Assembly: GCA_002633005.1 (NCBI GenBank)
Contig: NMRA01000218.1
Coordinates: forward strand, 606,239-670,238
Length of the DNA stretch: 64,000 nucleotides
DNA from: Phoronis australis
Taxonomy: Eukaryota > Animalia > Phoronida
Direction: 5' to 3'
Shown here: positions 1 to 14,399 of the stretch, in pieces
How the letters are laid out: each line of letters begins with the position of its first letter
Numbering within the stretch: the first letter of the stretch is position 1
The notes under the pieces: generated by a model
What the model was told of the DNA's origin: nothing
The model's database searches: none
The model's input: only the letters and a program-made list of their open reading frames with translations
Program-made: the position numbers and the translations under genes

Positions 1-517
1 TGCTTGAAAGGAATAAACTCAATATTGCGATTTCCAAAAAAGGCCCATGGGCGGTTATTCAGAAAACCACCTTTGAAAAATGTCAAATGAAATCAAATAT
101 AAGCCTGAGCGTACTTTCGGAAAAGGGGGAAGGCACATTTTCAGAAAATGTGTCATTAAAACTGTCCTTCATACTGAGCTAATACGGTTAGTTACCAACA
201 CAGTCACCCAATATCTTGTTGAATGAAAGCCATTTGAGTGAAACTGCAGTGCCAAAACAAACAAAAATTTTATACACCAAAACGTATTTCAGAACAATCC
301 ATCAGATTTTCAAAACATGCACTTACTAAAAATACTCCAATGGGTATACTTTTAGAAAATTTTCGAAAAATACACTCATTACATACTTCTGGGTGGGTCT
401 ATTTTTGAAAAATTCCCGGAACGTGACCGAAACATTCACGCGTTCAATGAAATCTGTCTATGAGGACAGGTACCTGTACATACATAATGTAGGTGCACCA
501 AAACACGTCAGTCTCAC

Positions 518-3500
518 CTTATCTTGGTCTGACTCAACAGTTCTTCAGCCTCATGAACGCTCCTTTTCATTGACTGCTTCAGCTCAGCAAGTTCAGTTTG
601 GTGCACCTCGAGGTCCTTCTGAGCCTTCAACAACTCTCGCTGCATCGACTGAAACAGACAGACACACTAAGCTATGCCTTGTCTGGAACTGCCTAAACTC
701 AAAATAAGCTATCCTAAGCAAGATTTCACGAACAAGCGCATTTTCTGCGAGTGAAATTTACTGTCACAGATAAAACACAACTAAAAAGTAAATTTTTCAA
801 CAAAGTATTCAAACTTATTTTGTGCAAAAGTGAAACTCGCACCAAACTTACGAAATTTATTTGTCCATAAAATGCACAAAGAGAAACAGTGAAGTTGTTC
901 AAAGTACTACACAAATCTATGTTGAATCAATCTGAGGCACCGCACGGCTCACCGCCAGATTCAAAGTACTACACAAATCTATGTTGAATCAATCTGAGGC
1001 ACCGCACGGCTCACCGCCAGATTCAAAGTACTACACAAATCTATGTTGAATCAATCTGAGGCACCGCACAGCTCACCGCCAGATTCAAAGTACTACACAA
1101 ATCTATGTTGAATCAATCTGAGGCACCGCACGGCTCACCGCCAGATTCAAAGTACTACACAAATCTATGTTGAATCAATCTGAGGCACCGCACAGCTCAC
1201 CGCCAGATTCGTGAACACCTACCTCCTTCTTACACTCTATATCGTCCTCCGCCTCCTTCACATTCGCCTCCAGCACGGAGATCTCTTCTCGCTTGTAGGC
1301 CACCATCTCGTTAACCTGACAATGACAAGCGGAAGAACACGCGTAACCACAATCAGTCTAATACGAGATTAACATAGTAAGATGACAGAAACACGAGAGG
1401 TTTCAAATATTTTCATTCATCTTTATGTTATGACGCTAATAAAAAAGTGAGGTAATCAGCATTTATTTTATGATTTTTATACAGTACTTTATGTTAAGAC
1501 AACTAGAAAATACTGTCAAAGCACAAAAACCAGGAAATTAACCGTAATAAATAGATGATGCTTCGCTAATTTTGAATGCCAAATTTGCCATGCAAATGGA
1601 CAAAATGTCACTTTGATCATGCTAATCCACAACAATTTCAACCCAGACGGCATATTAAATGAGTCCACATTACCTAAGTCAACACCTTCAAAGCAACTTC
1701 AAGACGTGCTCTCTCCAACACTATTCATAGAGGTACCCCCCGCCTCCAACACTCTTCAAAGAGGTGCCCCTACCAACGCTCTTCAAAGAGCTGTTCCCCT
1801 CCAACACACCTCAAAGAGGCACCTCCTCCAATGCCCCTAAAAGAGGTGCCCTTCCAGCACTCCTCAGAGAGACGCCACCCCCTCCAACGCTCCTGTAAGA
1901 GCTGCCCCTCCGATGCTCTTCAAAGAAGTAACCCCTCTAGTAAGTCAGCTCACCTGTTCTAGAGCATCCATCTCACTGATCTTGCGAGCTTCAGCCTCGT
2001 GTACCTTCTCATTACACTGGTTCTTCATCTGTGTCAAGGCAGGCTACGAATATGGTAAGGCAGTGCAACTCAGTAATAGGTCCGGTTACAGATACCAGCA
2101 CAATTCAAGAGTTGTGATTGGTCCTGAGGCCCGTTCCAAGAAAGTGACTTAAGTTCATTTTTGACTTAAGTCTAAGATTTGTCTCAACTTCCAACCTTTG
2201 ACACTTTCACATCAGGTAAGTTAGTCAAAACCGAGACCAAATTTAAATCAAAAGCTTTTTAAGTCGATCTTAAGATCTCTTTCTTGAAATGGATTTGAGA
2301 CAAAGTTAAGTCTTGTCTTAAAATTGACTCAAATTTAAGATTTGTCTTGGCTAAGCCAGTCCTCTGGCTTATCTTCACATTTAGACATTCAAATGACTGC
2401 AGGATAATAGCATCCACACCACAATATCAAATGATTTTACATGCAACTTTACACAATATCACATTTTATTCTACTAGTCACAGCATATCAATCTTTGATA
2501 AATTAATAATTCAAAGTTGGGAAGGCGTATTATTAGATGAATTGGTAATGAACCAAAGACGCAGAAACTGTCCTCAAAGCCGTCAGAAGTGAGTAGTAAC
2601 ATGTCCAGATGTACTCATGCGATAGGCATGTTATCATGGGATGACTTTATTTTTTCAAATTCAAACATGACATCAGCACTACCGTGTGTTCAATTCGAAT
2701 AACCACTGTACCTTGATGAGATTATTAAAGTCCACAGATCCTTGGCCGTAGCTGTTGAAGTTGGCTCTCATCTCGTAATCCCGTCCGAAGGCGTTCTCGG
2801 CTGACGGAGGAATCAGCTTCAACATCTGTGCCATCTTGTTATAGTTTTGGCATTTAGCATCGACCTGGGCAGAACATAAAAGAGTGCTCAACGAAGGCTA
2901 TTGATGGAGATACCATGACAAGATTGTGAAACCGATCAACCTTGTCTGCATGATGAAGGAAGCCGTTTCATAATGAGGGCGGTAGTGAATTCAAGTACAA
3001 CAAAATCCTCTAAGTGAACATTAATGGCAACCCACTCATACCCAACTATGATTTTATTTGAGAAAATCATCCAAGCATGTCAAAAAAGTAATTATACCCA
3101 GGCTGTAACAGCAATTGCAGTTAGGCATTCAGATGTAAAGAAAAAACATGGCCTTCTAAAATAAGTGACAAAACACGCTTCAGCGGATTTGTTACTCAAA
3201 CTAAACGTCACTCCATGACAAACCACTAGAGAGACTAGTTGGTGCTTTTACTATTCATGCTCAAGGATTTTGCTAGCTACACTAAATAACTGGGTTGTGT
3301 TCCGTAGACTCTAAGACTTTAGCTGGCATGAGCAACAAAATTTCTGCTTATGGAACGGAAGCAATGCACCATTCCAACCTTACCAACCAATCACTTCCGT
3401 GGCTGCCATTTTGCTAGGAGAGGCTAATAAACTCTACAATATACTTGCAAAACACTTGCCTTAACTCGCAGGATTTTGCAAGGTCTTGCGAGATTTTTCC

Positions 3501-6500
3501 TTTTCTATTGCTCTACAGAACACTACCCTTATCATGTCATTTAACCGGGAGGAATAGTCAAAGTCCAGTTGCACTATGAGACTGTTTAGGATACGATGTG
3601 TATCATAAAATCCTGCAAATTTGGTTATCCCCTTATAATGGAGAGTTAGATTTATCTCTGCATTAAATGAAAAGCATTCTTTTCACCAAACGAGTGCATT
3701 CGCCATGTGCTGTTCGGTTAATATATATTTTATCCAACAACAATATCCAAAAGCCCATGACCTATTCATGATCAGTGCATTTCAAATGCTATCAGAAAAT
3801 GCATTACGATAAAAATTCTTCAATTCGGAGCACAATATGGCGAATAAGTGACATTTCATTCTGACAGTCAAAATTTCTTTCAAGAAAAAAAATTTCAGGA
3901 AAACTTACTTTGCTTTTAACATGGTTAGTACGGCATAGCTATCACCGAACGACATTTGGTAAAAATTCTAAGCATTCGCAGCAACATGGCAAGCCTCCAA
4001 AAAACAAGAGTATGCCAACTTTAGGAGCTATTTTTGTCCCAATTTGAAGGATTTTACCGCCTACTCCCTAAGCCCAATGCAGCATCAACACCTACCCTTT
4101 CCTGAGACTTTCCAATGTTCATCTCCATGTCCCAGACCTGCCGGTCCAGATCTTCATTCTCTCTGCTCACTGCTTCAATCTGCGTCTGCAGCTGCTGTCT
4201 ACTCAAGTTCAGCCTCTCCACATCTGCCGGCGAGAGTTCTTGCGTGTCGAAGATGTGCTGCATGCGGGACATCTCCTCCTGAAGCGCCTCCATCTCTGTG
4301 GCTGAACGAGGGTAGTGAGGAAATGCACAGTGTAAATGGGGATTTGCCATTAAAGATGAGATTTTACATGCGGTTAGTCTTTTCTCTAGCCTCCATTTCA
4401 CAAGATCAGAAAATACAAAGTTAATCAATTTACCTAAAAGGTCATTTCACAGCTGTTTAGCTCTCAGTGTTGAATTGTTAACTGAAGCACTTTGTGTTTT
4501 CAAAACATTTCCAAGTAAAACTTCGCTGTAAGTGGCCTCAATCAAAATTTTGCTTTGTAACGAAATTTTTTTTAGCAATTTTAAGATGTGTTTTTTGTCG
4601 AAAATCTCTGTGATCCAATTGATTCCCTGCTGTGGACTTGCATACCTAGCGCCCTCTGTTCATCCTGTACTTCTTTATACTTCTGCTCCTGTAGTTTCCT
4701 GTGTGAGTCCATCTCACTCAGGTAGTTTTGATACTTCTGGTCATCGTGTACAATTACCTGGTAGCGAGTCTTCATGTCCGACAAACGATCCTGTAGACAA
4801 AGAAACAGTTAACAGGTGACTTACACACAGTGCCTGATTATCCATTAAGCTAAACAAGCTACTGCTTGTGGCAACCGCGTAAAATAGGGAGTCCCTATTC
4901 AAGTAATGTGACTGGGAGGCAAATAATCCATTAAGCTAAAAAACCTTTGACTTAGGGCTTCGGACGAAATAGGGAATCTGTCTAGTTATCACAGAAGCCA
5001 AGGGAAAGACAAGGGAAAGTAAAAATTGAAGTTGCGCTTCATTGCCCAGTAGGGGCCCTTAAAAGTTGTGGCGACCAGGGGGACAAGGGAAAGTGAAAAT
5101 AAATGTTGCGCCTTATTGCTCAGTAGGAGCTCTCAATAGTTGTGGCGAACAGTTGCGCCTCTCTGCACAGTAGGGGGTCTTCCAAAGTCGCAACCGCGGG
5201 AGGGGGCAGTACAAGAGTTTTCAATTGGTGAAACGGTTTTATGGTAACGGCTAAGGCCCCTAGGCTTTTTATAGCTTGGGGGCCCAAAAAAGTCCATAAT
5301 CCGCCACTGCTCGCACACTTGAGGAGTAAAGTCTGAAGGGATATTTCCTAGTCCCTGCTACTGAAAACGCAAACTGGTCACCAAGATACTCTACCACACA
5401 AAATATGTCTCAAAACAAAAAAAATATCACGAAGCGACCAGTTGTGACATGACTGGAAAAAACCTTCCCAAATTTGGGTTGTTTCGTGTCAATCACAAGT
5501 TATCTCTCAATTTATTTTGTTGGATTAAACCAATTGTTATCACTGGAAGTAAAATATTAAGCCCATAGTTACAACGTTCATCAGCCTTGTTCCCGATTTT
5601 GATTTTTAGGGAAGGAAATGTTATTTTAACTAATGCAACAGAAAAATCAAAGTATTTTAGCACAATTTATTCTGACACTCAGGCAATACTGCATTCAAAC
5701 ATAGCTACCAGTGATGTTTATTTTGCTAGTATATCCTAGTGCGGTTGAGAAACAAAAACAATTGCAATATGTTGCCTTATCCAAGTGCGGTTTACTTTAC
5801 TAACAAGACATTAGTCTTACTGGACTTACCCAATGAGGAAGTTCAACAATCAAAACAACGAATTGCACCAGTTTAAATAGTGTCCACACAGCCACCAAAC
5901 CTCGTGACAACTCGTACCAGGTGTAACTTGTTCTAGGGTAAGTCTGTGTTTGGACAGCACTAGAGTTGTAAATTCATAACACCAAGAAAGTTCTGAGTAA
6001 CATTATCAAAAATAGGGGAAAACCAAAGAAGGTTCAACTAAGAGAATTAAAATGTGAGCAAAAATCTTATGGATGGTGTCGAATCGAGGCATGTTTTTGA
6101 CCAAATTTTCCCGTTTCCGCCCATACCCAGTCCATTTCATCGAGACATTAATACCAGCCGAGATGGTGGTAAAATGAGTTGGAGTGATCAGGTGTTAAGG
6201 TGTCTATTACTCACAGGTTCACTTTCTAGCGCATCCAGTTCGGCACGGAGCCTGTTGTTCTCACTAACCAGGTGCTCTAAGCCTCCAGATAAACCCTCAG
6301 TCTTGGCTCCTGTAACATTAGTTCATATCACGATGAACATATTAAAAGTAAATCTTAGACAGGTCATGCACAACTAGCTACATCTTTTGATGACATTATT
6401 TATAACTTTAAACAGAAATGCAACATATAAATCCGAAATCAACAATTAAATCTTGTTTTCAGGTGCAAATACGAGCTAGAATGGAAAATACTCTCAACAA

Positions 6501-9500
6501 AAAACTAAAACAGTGATAGCAAAAATTTGGTTAAAATTAGATAATCATACAACTGGTGAGTTGCTAGACACGGGTAGTGTCTGTTGGACAGTCAGCCAGA
6601 GTGACTGGCTGCTTTTTGAAGCTATGACAATAGCAAAAATTATGCAAAAATTCAAATGCTTTATTGTTACAGCATAAATTCTCTTGGGTATTTTAAAGCA
6701 AAACACATTTCTGGAAATGTCTGAAGCGACAACACAAGTTTCTCAGAACTCAACCCACGTATTTTTTGCCTCAGTTCTTCCTCCAACACTGGATGCTCGT
6801 CTGCTCCGGCCAAGAACTCCACGTAAGCTTTCTCGACGAAGTCAAACTGGATCTAAACAAATTACATGACTGTTATACATATGTGCCACTGGCTAATGCT
6901 CACGTTTGCACAGTGGGTGTTTTCGGCCAAAATATCACTCCCCAAAACGGGACATGAAAAGAGTTCAGAAGATTTAAATTATTTTACGTCTGCGCACGAT
7001 AGCAGACGTTATTTTTAGTACGCCAAACTTTATGGTCACACATCATCATCGCTAGACTTGAGCCAACAGTTGCATATTTGAATGCCGATATAGAAGATTA
7101 AAACCCACTTTACAGTTCTATAGGTCAGCGGACCCTATGCGAGACACATTTAGGTGAAATTTTGTAGATATTATATAGTCATCCACCAAAATAACCCAAA
7201 GCATAAGAACTACTTCTTAGGTATACAGTAAGCATAAAAAATATTCAGACAATACAAACCAAAATTCCTTGTCATGACAGCCTTTCAGAAGTCAAATTAA
7301 TTGTCAAAGAAGACTTCATTCAAGACAAAGACAAAGGATAAGTTACAGGAAATTAAGAGAAGTGGCTAAGCCATCCTGTAAATGGAATTTTGCCGCCGTA
7401 TCAGTCAGAATTAGCTGTCATGATGGGGAAACGGTATTTTGTCTCGAATTTTCTTTTCACATACTGTAATACCCTTAGCAGGATAGGTGTGATCTGACTT
7501 AATAACAATAACATCTTACAGACCAATCAGCTGGTCAGATTATTCGCCACTAATTCCACAGAATTTATGTCCTCTGTGTTGAGCTTAGGCCGTAGTTAAA
7601 ACAGAGGCCAAAGCAATCAAGTCTTTGCTAAAAGAAAACCGGCGACACAATGAATCGTCACTACATCTCACCTTGCTGTCCGACTCACAGTCGATTTCTT
7701 CACCCACCAAAGGAAACATGATAGCCTCTGGCTCTGTGTGCAGCGCAAACTGCAATAAGAAAACAGCTGCATTAAAAACATGAAGGTCGATTCAGAGCAT
7801 AAAGACTTATTGCATGGCGCATTGATAATTTTTTTTGCGTGTCTGAAGTCAAATTAACGGACAATCTGAGGTACATCCACAGATACCTCAGACGGGTGAT
7901 AGAATAGAAAAGAAAACAAAACAAGTCCGTTCCAACAATCACATGACAATGATGGTGTTAGCATGTTAAAATCACTAATCTTTGTATTCAAAATCGAAAC
8001 CAATATTTTTGATAGTTTTCCTACCATTCTTTTGTAAATTCAAGATACGTGTCCTTTAATGAGTGATAGAGTGCATTATGGTTCACGTGGGTGATTGTCT
8101 ATTCTTAATTTGCACTTAATGACCCCAGCATTAAAGCAGCAAGTTTCAGTTTGAACTTAAAATTTCGCGATTTTAGTCAAAATCTTGAGTTTATACTCGA
8201 GTTAGTAGCTTGAAATCATGAGTCACCAAGAGCAATCATGGAGCAGAAAAATCGTCCACCCAAACCATAATGTACTCTGGCACTGAATGATAGACAAATA
8301 TCTTGAGTTTGCACAAAAACAGAACAGAATTTGTCAAAAATAATTGCGAGTACAAAAATTAAGGCCCCGACCGTGATGTCTGACGCACAGCCAGTATTCA
8401 CTGTATCGGTAGCGCCAGTGTAGTTCAAACCACACTAAAGAAAATAAGATCAGCACATGGACTTCTACAGTTGTAACCTATTTCATTCTCTTTTCGTCAC
8501 AAGAACAAATACTGTCATTCACAGAATTCACCCATTAAATTGAGAAAAGAACGTAGTCCTCATAATGGGTTGTGCGCTTGATCACCAAAAATCTATTGTT
8601 AGTTAGTAATTTACCTCTGACAGTCAAAGCTGGGTCACGGTATTATTTTACGAATAGCACAGCAGTTCTCCAGTTATTTCAGAGAAAATGCATATTGCCA
8701 AGACTTGACAACTTTCTATTTTCAAAGGCTGGTAACATTAAGCAATTTGAATTTTACTACAGCGTATTGTACAAAGCCTAAAAAGAATGAAGCAGAATTT
8801 CTTCAAAATAAACTTCCACAATTCTGTGCAATCGTAAGCTAAACAGAAAAAAACTGCCACGAGAACAGACAGTATTTGTAGGTTATACAATACAATTCAA
8901 CAGCTTAAGTTAGTATATGGAAACAAAGACCGACTTCCAAGTGACGCGTCCATCATACAGCCTACCTGAACCAGATGTATGAGCCACCTGAGAGCAGCCA
9001 NCTTTGCTAAAAGAAAACCGGCGACACAATGAATCGTCACTTCATCTCACCTTGCTGTCTGACTCACAGTCGATTTCTTCACCCACCAAAGGAAACATGA
9101 TAGCCTCTGGCTCCGTGTGCAGCGCAAACTGCAATAAGAAAACAGCTGCATTAAAAACATGAAGGTCGATTCAGAACATAAAGACTTATTGCATGGCGCA
9201 TTGATAATTTTTTTGCGCGTCTGTAGTCAAATTAACGGACAATCTGAGGTACATCCACAGATACCTCAGACGGGTGATAGAATAGACAAGAAAACAAAAC
9301 AAAACAAGTCCGTTCCGACAAACACATGACAATGATGGTGTTAGCATGTCAAAATCACTAATCTTTGTATTCAAAATCGAAACCAATATTTTTGATAGTT
9401 TTCCTACCATTCTTTTGTTGATTCAAGATACGTGTCCTTTAATGTGTGCTAGAGTGCATTATGGTTCACGTGGGTGATTGTCTATTCTTAATTTGCACTT

Positions 9501-12500
9501 GATGACCCCAGCATTAAAGCAGCAAGTTTCAGTTTGAACTTAAAATTTCGAGATTTTAGTCAAAATCTTGAGTTTATAATCGAGTTTGTAGCTTGAATTC
9601 ATGAGTCACCAAGAGCAATCATGGAGCAGACAACCGTCCACCCAAACCATAATGTACTCTGGCACTGAATGATAGACACATATCTTGAGTTTGCACAAAA
9701 ACAGAACAGAATTTGTCAAAAATAATTGCGAGTACAAAAATTAAGGCCCCGACCGTGATGTCTGACACACAGCCAGTATTCACTGTATCGGTAGCGCCAG
9801 TGTAGTTCAAACCACACTAAAGAAAATAAGATCAGCACATGGACTTCTACAGCTATAACCTATTTCATTCTCTTTTCGTCACAAGAACAAATACTGTCAT
9901 TCACAGAATTCACCCATTAAATTGAGAAAAGAACGTAGTCCTCATAATGGGTTGTGCGCTTGATCACCAAAAATCTATTGTTAGTTAGTAATTTACCTCT
10001 GACAGTCAAAGCTGGGTCACGGTATTATTTTACGAATAGCACAGCAGTTCTCCAGTTATTTCAAAGAAAATGCATATTGCCAAGACTTGACAACTTTCTA
10101 TTTTCAAAGGCTGGTAACATTAAGCAATTTGAATTTTACTACAGCGTATTGTACAAAGCCTAAAAAGAATGAAGCAGAATTTCTTCAAAATAAACTTCCA
10201 CAATTCTGTGCAATCGTAAGCTAAACAGAAAAAAACTGCCACGAGAACAGACAGTATTTGTAGGTTATACAATACAATTCAACAGCTTAAGTTAGTATAT
10301 GGAAACAAAGACCGACTTCCAAGTGACGCGTCCATCATACAGCCTACCTGAACCAGATGTATGAGCCACCTGAGAGCAGCCAACAGGTGTGGCCAGGTGT
10401 GGGGAGAGCCAACGGAGAACATGGACTGTTTAGAGATGGTGAACGGGTAGTGGAGAGACTTGAAGATCTTGGGGATCTCTTCCTCGTGTTTTGGACCTAT
10501 CTTGTACTTGGGGTCTACGAACTGCATCATGAACTGGAATGGGGTAAGAGTGCTGGTTAGCGAGACAACTTCAACACATCCAGTCATCTGGGTGAAGTTG
10601 GCAAAACACTTTCAACATACAAATCCTGGACTTTGTGGTGTTTTGGGAAATAAACATCTTAGTCTGCCTAAATTGGCATATACCCTTCAATTATCCAGTT
10701 CGTGACTTAAGCTATCGCAAATGCCAAATGAGTTTGCACAGGTTGAGATCAAAGTCTCAATTCTCTCAAAATTTGACTGCCTGTATTAAATCTCAAATTG
10801 TCAAATACGTGTATTGCAATTATAATCTCACCAATTTTCAATAAAATTATGATGTTCCCATGATCTACACATTGGTGAACCATCTCCACTGTCAATGCCA
10901 CCTGTGGTGATCTATATCAGCAGTGACATATCAAGTTACTACACTTTTACTATAACTCACCTCAAATATCCTGATGAAATCCTTGGTCTGTGGAGTGTGC
11001 AGCACCTTAGTGCTAATCTGATGTGGATAGCCTTGTTGGCAAAGAAACTGGAACAGAGTTGCACAACTTTGCACATTAGTTATATTACCCGTGTTAAAGC
11101 ATACTGTTTACAGTTCAAGTCAAAAGTGTATGAATTGATTGTTATTTTCAAGTTTCAAGGAAGCTCAAATTTACGGAGTAATGGATCTGAAGACATCTAC
11201 TATACTAACAACAAGTACACACTCTCAATCACTCCTTAAGGCTGGTCCAAGTTGCAAAAAACTTCAAAGGTTATCCTCTGGATTGTAGCTTGACGTAATG
11301 CGCATTGTTTGACAATGCCGACGTGACATTGTCGTTAATCATGTATCTTTTAAATACAACACCAGGACAGCGGTGCTCTAGTTAGAGTTTGGACGGCCAA
11401 TCTGCTAAACAGTAGTACTGCTTTTAAGTCAAAAACAGGACCAGTAACAGACACCTTACTCAGCTTAGTTCCAAGAACAACACAACATTAATAATATCAG
11501 TTCTTGGACAAATTAGAAGAAGTGGAAAACAAAACCAATGCTCTAGTGCAGCATGAAAATTAAGTTTCGATATTAATCAAATATCATCAGGTACAATACT
11601 AGACAGATAGTTTGTTTTCTGTCTACTATTGTACCTAATGATGATATTAAATTAATATTGAAACTTCATTTTTGTGCTGCACTCTAGCGTAGTTTTTGTT
11701 CTCCACTTCTTACTTCTAACACAACTTTAATGATTAGATACAATTTCTAACTTTGGCCAGGAACGAGCCAAGACATATCTTGTAGTGGTAAGTGAACCAA
11801 TTCAGTGGTGATTTGACATTGAAACTCTGGTGAAGATGGGTGTTTTGTGCCTTAAAGATCACAAGTGCATTTTCAACTGGCAAGGTCTTTCAAATGGCAA
11901 ACAATGTACCACAGCACTGCCACACAGCTCTATGCCCTCCAAATCCAAGCAGGATAAAAAATGGACACGTGAAAACACCTAACAAAAGTACAGTCAGTAC
12001 ACTTCTTTAAGATAGACAACAACCTTTCCGCAATATCTTTTAACAAAAGAACACAATAATGTCTAAAATTCATACCTCAACAATTAAACGAATTGTTTCC
12101 TCCTTGAACTTTCTGTCTGTCACTGGTCGGAGTTCTTTGACCACTTCAGGACCATAATTGCGGCCATACCCACTTGAACGCCTAATACAGGAAGAACAGA
12201 GCATTGCATGGTCATCTCACTTCAGGGCAGAAAATCACAATCATGCACAACCAAGATGGAACAGATGGAAACGACACAGAGAATCGAAGAACGAAAAGTG
12301 AACACTAAAAGACAGAGAATGCATTTATGATTAATGGCAAGGCACAGTTTGTCACATCTCAAAATTTCCAAAATGACACAGGGAAGTCGTAATTGTCACG
12401 TTTTGTCGCCCTTTGCAAGTGTAAGTTACAGCAACTTAGCGTTTGTTTCGAATGACCAATGACAAAAAACGCGGAAACTTTTACGGCCCAAATCACACGC

Positions 12501-14036
12501 GCTACCCAGCCTTGAAATGGTTGATGTGAACCTTTCCCCGACAAACCAAAAATCGGGAGGACTAAAGAAAAAAAAAAGTTACCACCATCAGTAGCATGCG
12601 TCTGCGTCCTTTTAGCTTGTCCGTCCACTCCCAACCCACACATTTTTGGCTGCAGAGCTGTAGTATTTGTCGCCGCGGTTTACAATAACACGAGACGCCA
12701 TTGAAAATCCCACCACGCAATCCCAGATGCCCCGGCAATGTTGACAATTTACGTTCCTCCGAAACATAAAGAGCAACTTTTCGAGGAGAACGTCGTCTGC
12801 AACGCCGCGGTAAGAAAGGAATTTGCCGTGGAAATTTTATATCAAATCCGATTTATAATAAAATGCGCGGACAGAACATTTGAAAAAAGCGGAAATCCGC
12901 GTTTCCGCGGAAAATTCCAAGTCCTGGAAAAAAGGAAACACCATTTGATACAGCATAAAATAAATGTAAATCCAAGAAAACATTCACACTTACTACTTGG
13001 CTCATGTTTTAGCACAGAATTCTCAAAATGTCACAGAATTTCAGAAAAAAATGCCACCATGTGACAGTGAATCCATTTTCTAAAAGGATCACAAAAGTAG
13101 ACGATGTTAAACTGAGCAATTTCTTTAAGTGACAATTCACTGCTGAAAACTTAAAACAGCACTTATTTTCCCTGTCACGGCTCAACATGAAATCATTGCA
13201 ATTTTGCCTATCACACTGGACTAAAAATTCTTTGCGAAGGTAGCATAGGCCTTTGAAATTTCTGTTAAAATAATCAACTGTGACAGGATTTTGAAAAGTT
13301 ACCTCTCTGAGATTCTGAAAATTTTTGACTCACAAAATGCTCAAGATGGCCTTTGGCAGTGACTAAGAAAGCTCTACCAAGGCAAAGTGAATTTCAAGGC
13401 TTATTAAATATAGAAATAAACAGCATGAGGTAAAGTAGCACCAATTTCAGACAAAATTGATGACATTTTATTTTTCAAAAGTTTTTAATGTTATTTTAAA
13501 CACCCACAATTTCTCAGAAATGTTGTGTGACATAGACAGGTCTGTCTTATAGCATGTCTTTGAGGCTACTTATCCTTTTGTCAAAAATCCCAAAAAAATT
13601 TCACTTGCCGGCCATATTGTGTTGTAACTTAGTTAGATTTTTAGTGTTGATATTGTTTTTGTAAATGGTTTTACAAGAGAAAATGCAATTTATATGCATT
13701 ACCAGGCCTTTCCTTAAGGCAAATGAAATTCCAGGAAAAATTTACATGCCTTCCAACACGCATACGCAAGATACGCTCATTGTGCGCTCACCTGGTTTTT
13801 CCAAACAGATTTGAAGAAGTGGCCGTGCTGGACTGTTGTTGGTGCTTGGGAATAAATGACTTTCGAGACTTCAATGAGCTTCCAAAAGCGGCCCCAGAAG
13901 ACTGGCGCCCCCCGATGGATGACCTGCCACCTAGCGAAGACCGACTTCCAGAATTACGACTGGTTGCCTTGGTAACACCTCCTTCGTTCTTCACACGTAA
14001 AGGCAGTAAGGACTGCCGTCCGCTTGAACGTCTCAT
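518..14036 (-). CDS. NDC80: Kinetochore protein NDC80/HEC1, spliced, 3'-partial (continues off the left edge)
   Basis: GT-AG exons with consistent phases: 14036-13792, 12181-12076, 11047-10961, 10533-10348, 9128-9051 (duplicate at 7749-7672), 6852-6759, 6309-6215, 4790-4646, 4301-4096, 2864-2712, 2043-1954, 1315-1223, 648-518. The translation has a basic Ser/Arg tail (MRRSSGRQSLLPLRVK), CH-domain motifs (KELRPVTDRKF, PQTKDFIRIFEF, YPFTISKQSMFSVGSPHTWPHLLAALRWL), a coiled coil with QELSPADVERLN and the loop LKLIPPSAENAFGRDYE. Confidence 0.95.
898..1210. repeat. Minisatellite, 62-bp unit x5, nearly identical copies
   Basis: TTCAAAGTACTACACAAATCTATGTTGAATCAATCTGAGGCACCGCACRGCTCACCGCCAGA repeated with period 62. 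It ends ~12 bp from the NDC80 donor at 1222. Confidence 0.95.
1680..1940. repeat. Degenerate ~28-bp minisatellite
   Basis: Recurrent CCCCTCCAACRCTCTTCAAAGAGGTGC-like units next to the NDC80 donor at 1953. Confidence 0.75.
7623..10382. other. Apparent tandem duplication 7623-9000 / 9002-10382 joined by one N (probably uncollapsed haplotypes)
   Basis: Near-identical copies with scattered SNPs and small indels. The junction is exactly the N at 9001. It duplicates the 78-nt NDC80 exon and a truncated end of the 186-nt exon. Confidence 0.9.
11513..11719. repeat. Imperfect palindrome with ~95-bp arms (MITE-like) in an NDC80 intron
   Basis: TTAGAAGAAGTGGAAAACAAAA...GGTACAATACTAGACAGA pairs with TCTGTCTACTATTGTACC...TTTTGTTCTCCACTTCTT...TTCTAA. 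Confidence 0.8.
12448..12926. mobile_element. Non-autonomous DNA transposon, same family as 40419-40903
   Basis: Colinear high identity to 40419-40903. Right end TTCCAAGTCCTG; left TIR eroded. Confidence 0.85.
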
Positions 14037-14399
14037 TTTGCCTGATTTTTAAATGAAAATGCAAAGTTATTGCGTGGTTTTGATGTTACGCTTTGTACTT
14101 GAGACATAAGGTGACTTTGAATTTGACTACAGCAAACCTCTTACATATTCCATGGTGATGATCCACAATATTTAGGGACGGATAGTGCACATACGACAAA
14201 GACAGACAAGAGCAGGGCACAGCATTGATATGTGCACTGCAAACGGTGAAAAAATAGGGGTGGTTATGTTTCAATAATTTCCATGGTAGTTGAACATCCA
14301 AAAATCAACATCAGTTGCACAAGCTCTCCTCTAGTGATAAAAATGTTGGGTCTACACTATTATTAGAGTCTACTATTATTGCTGTCTCTACTACTATTC

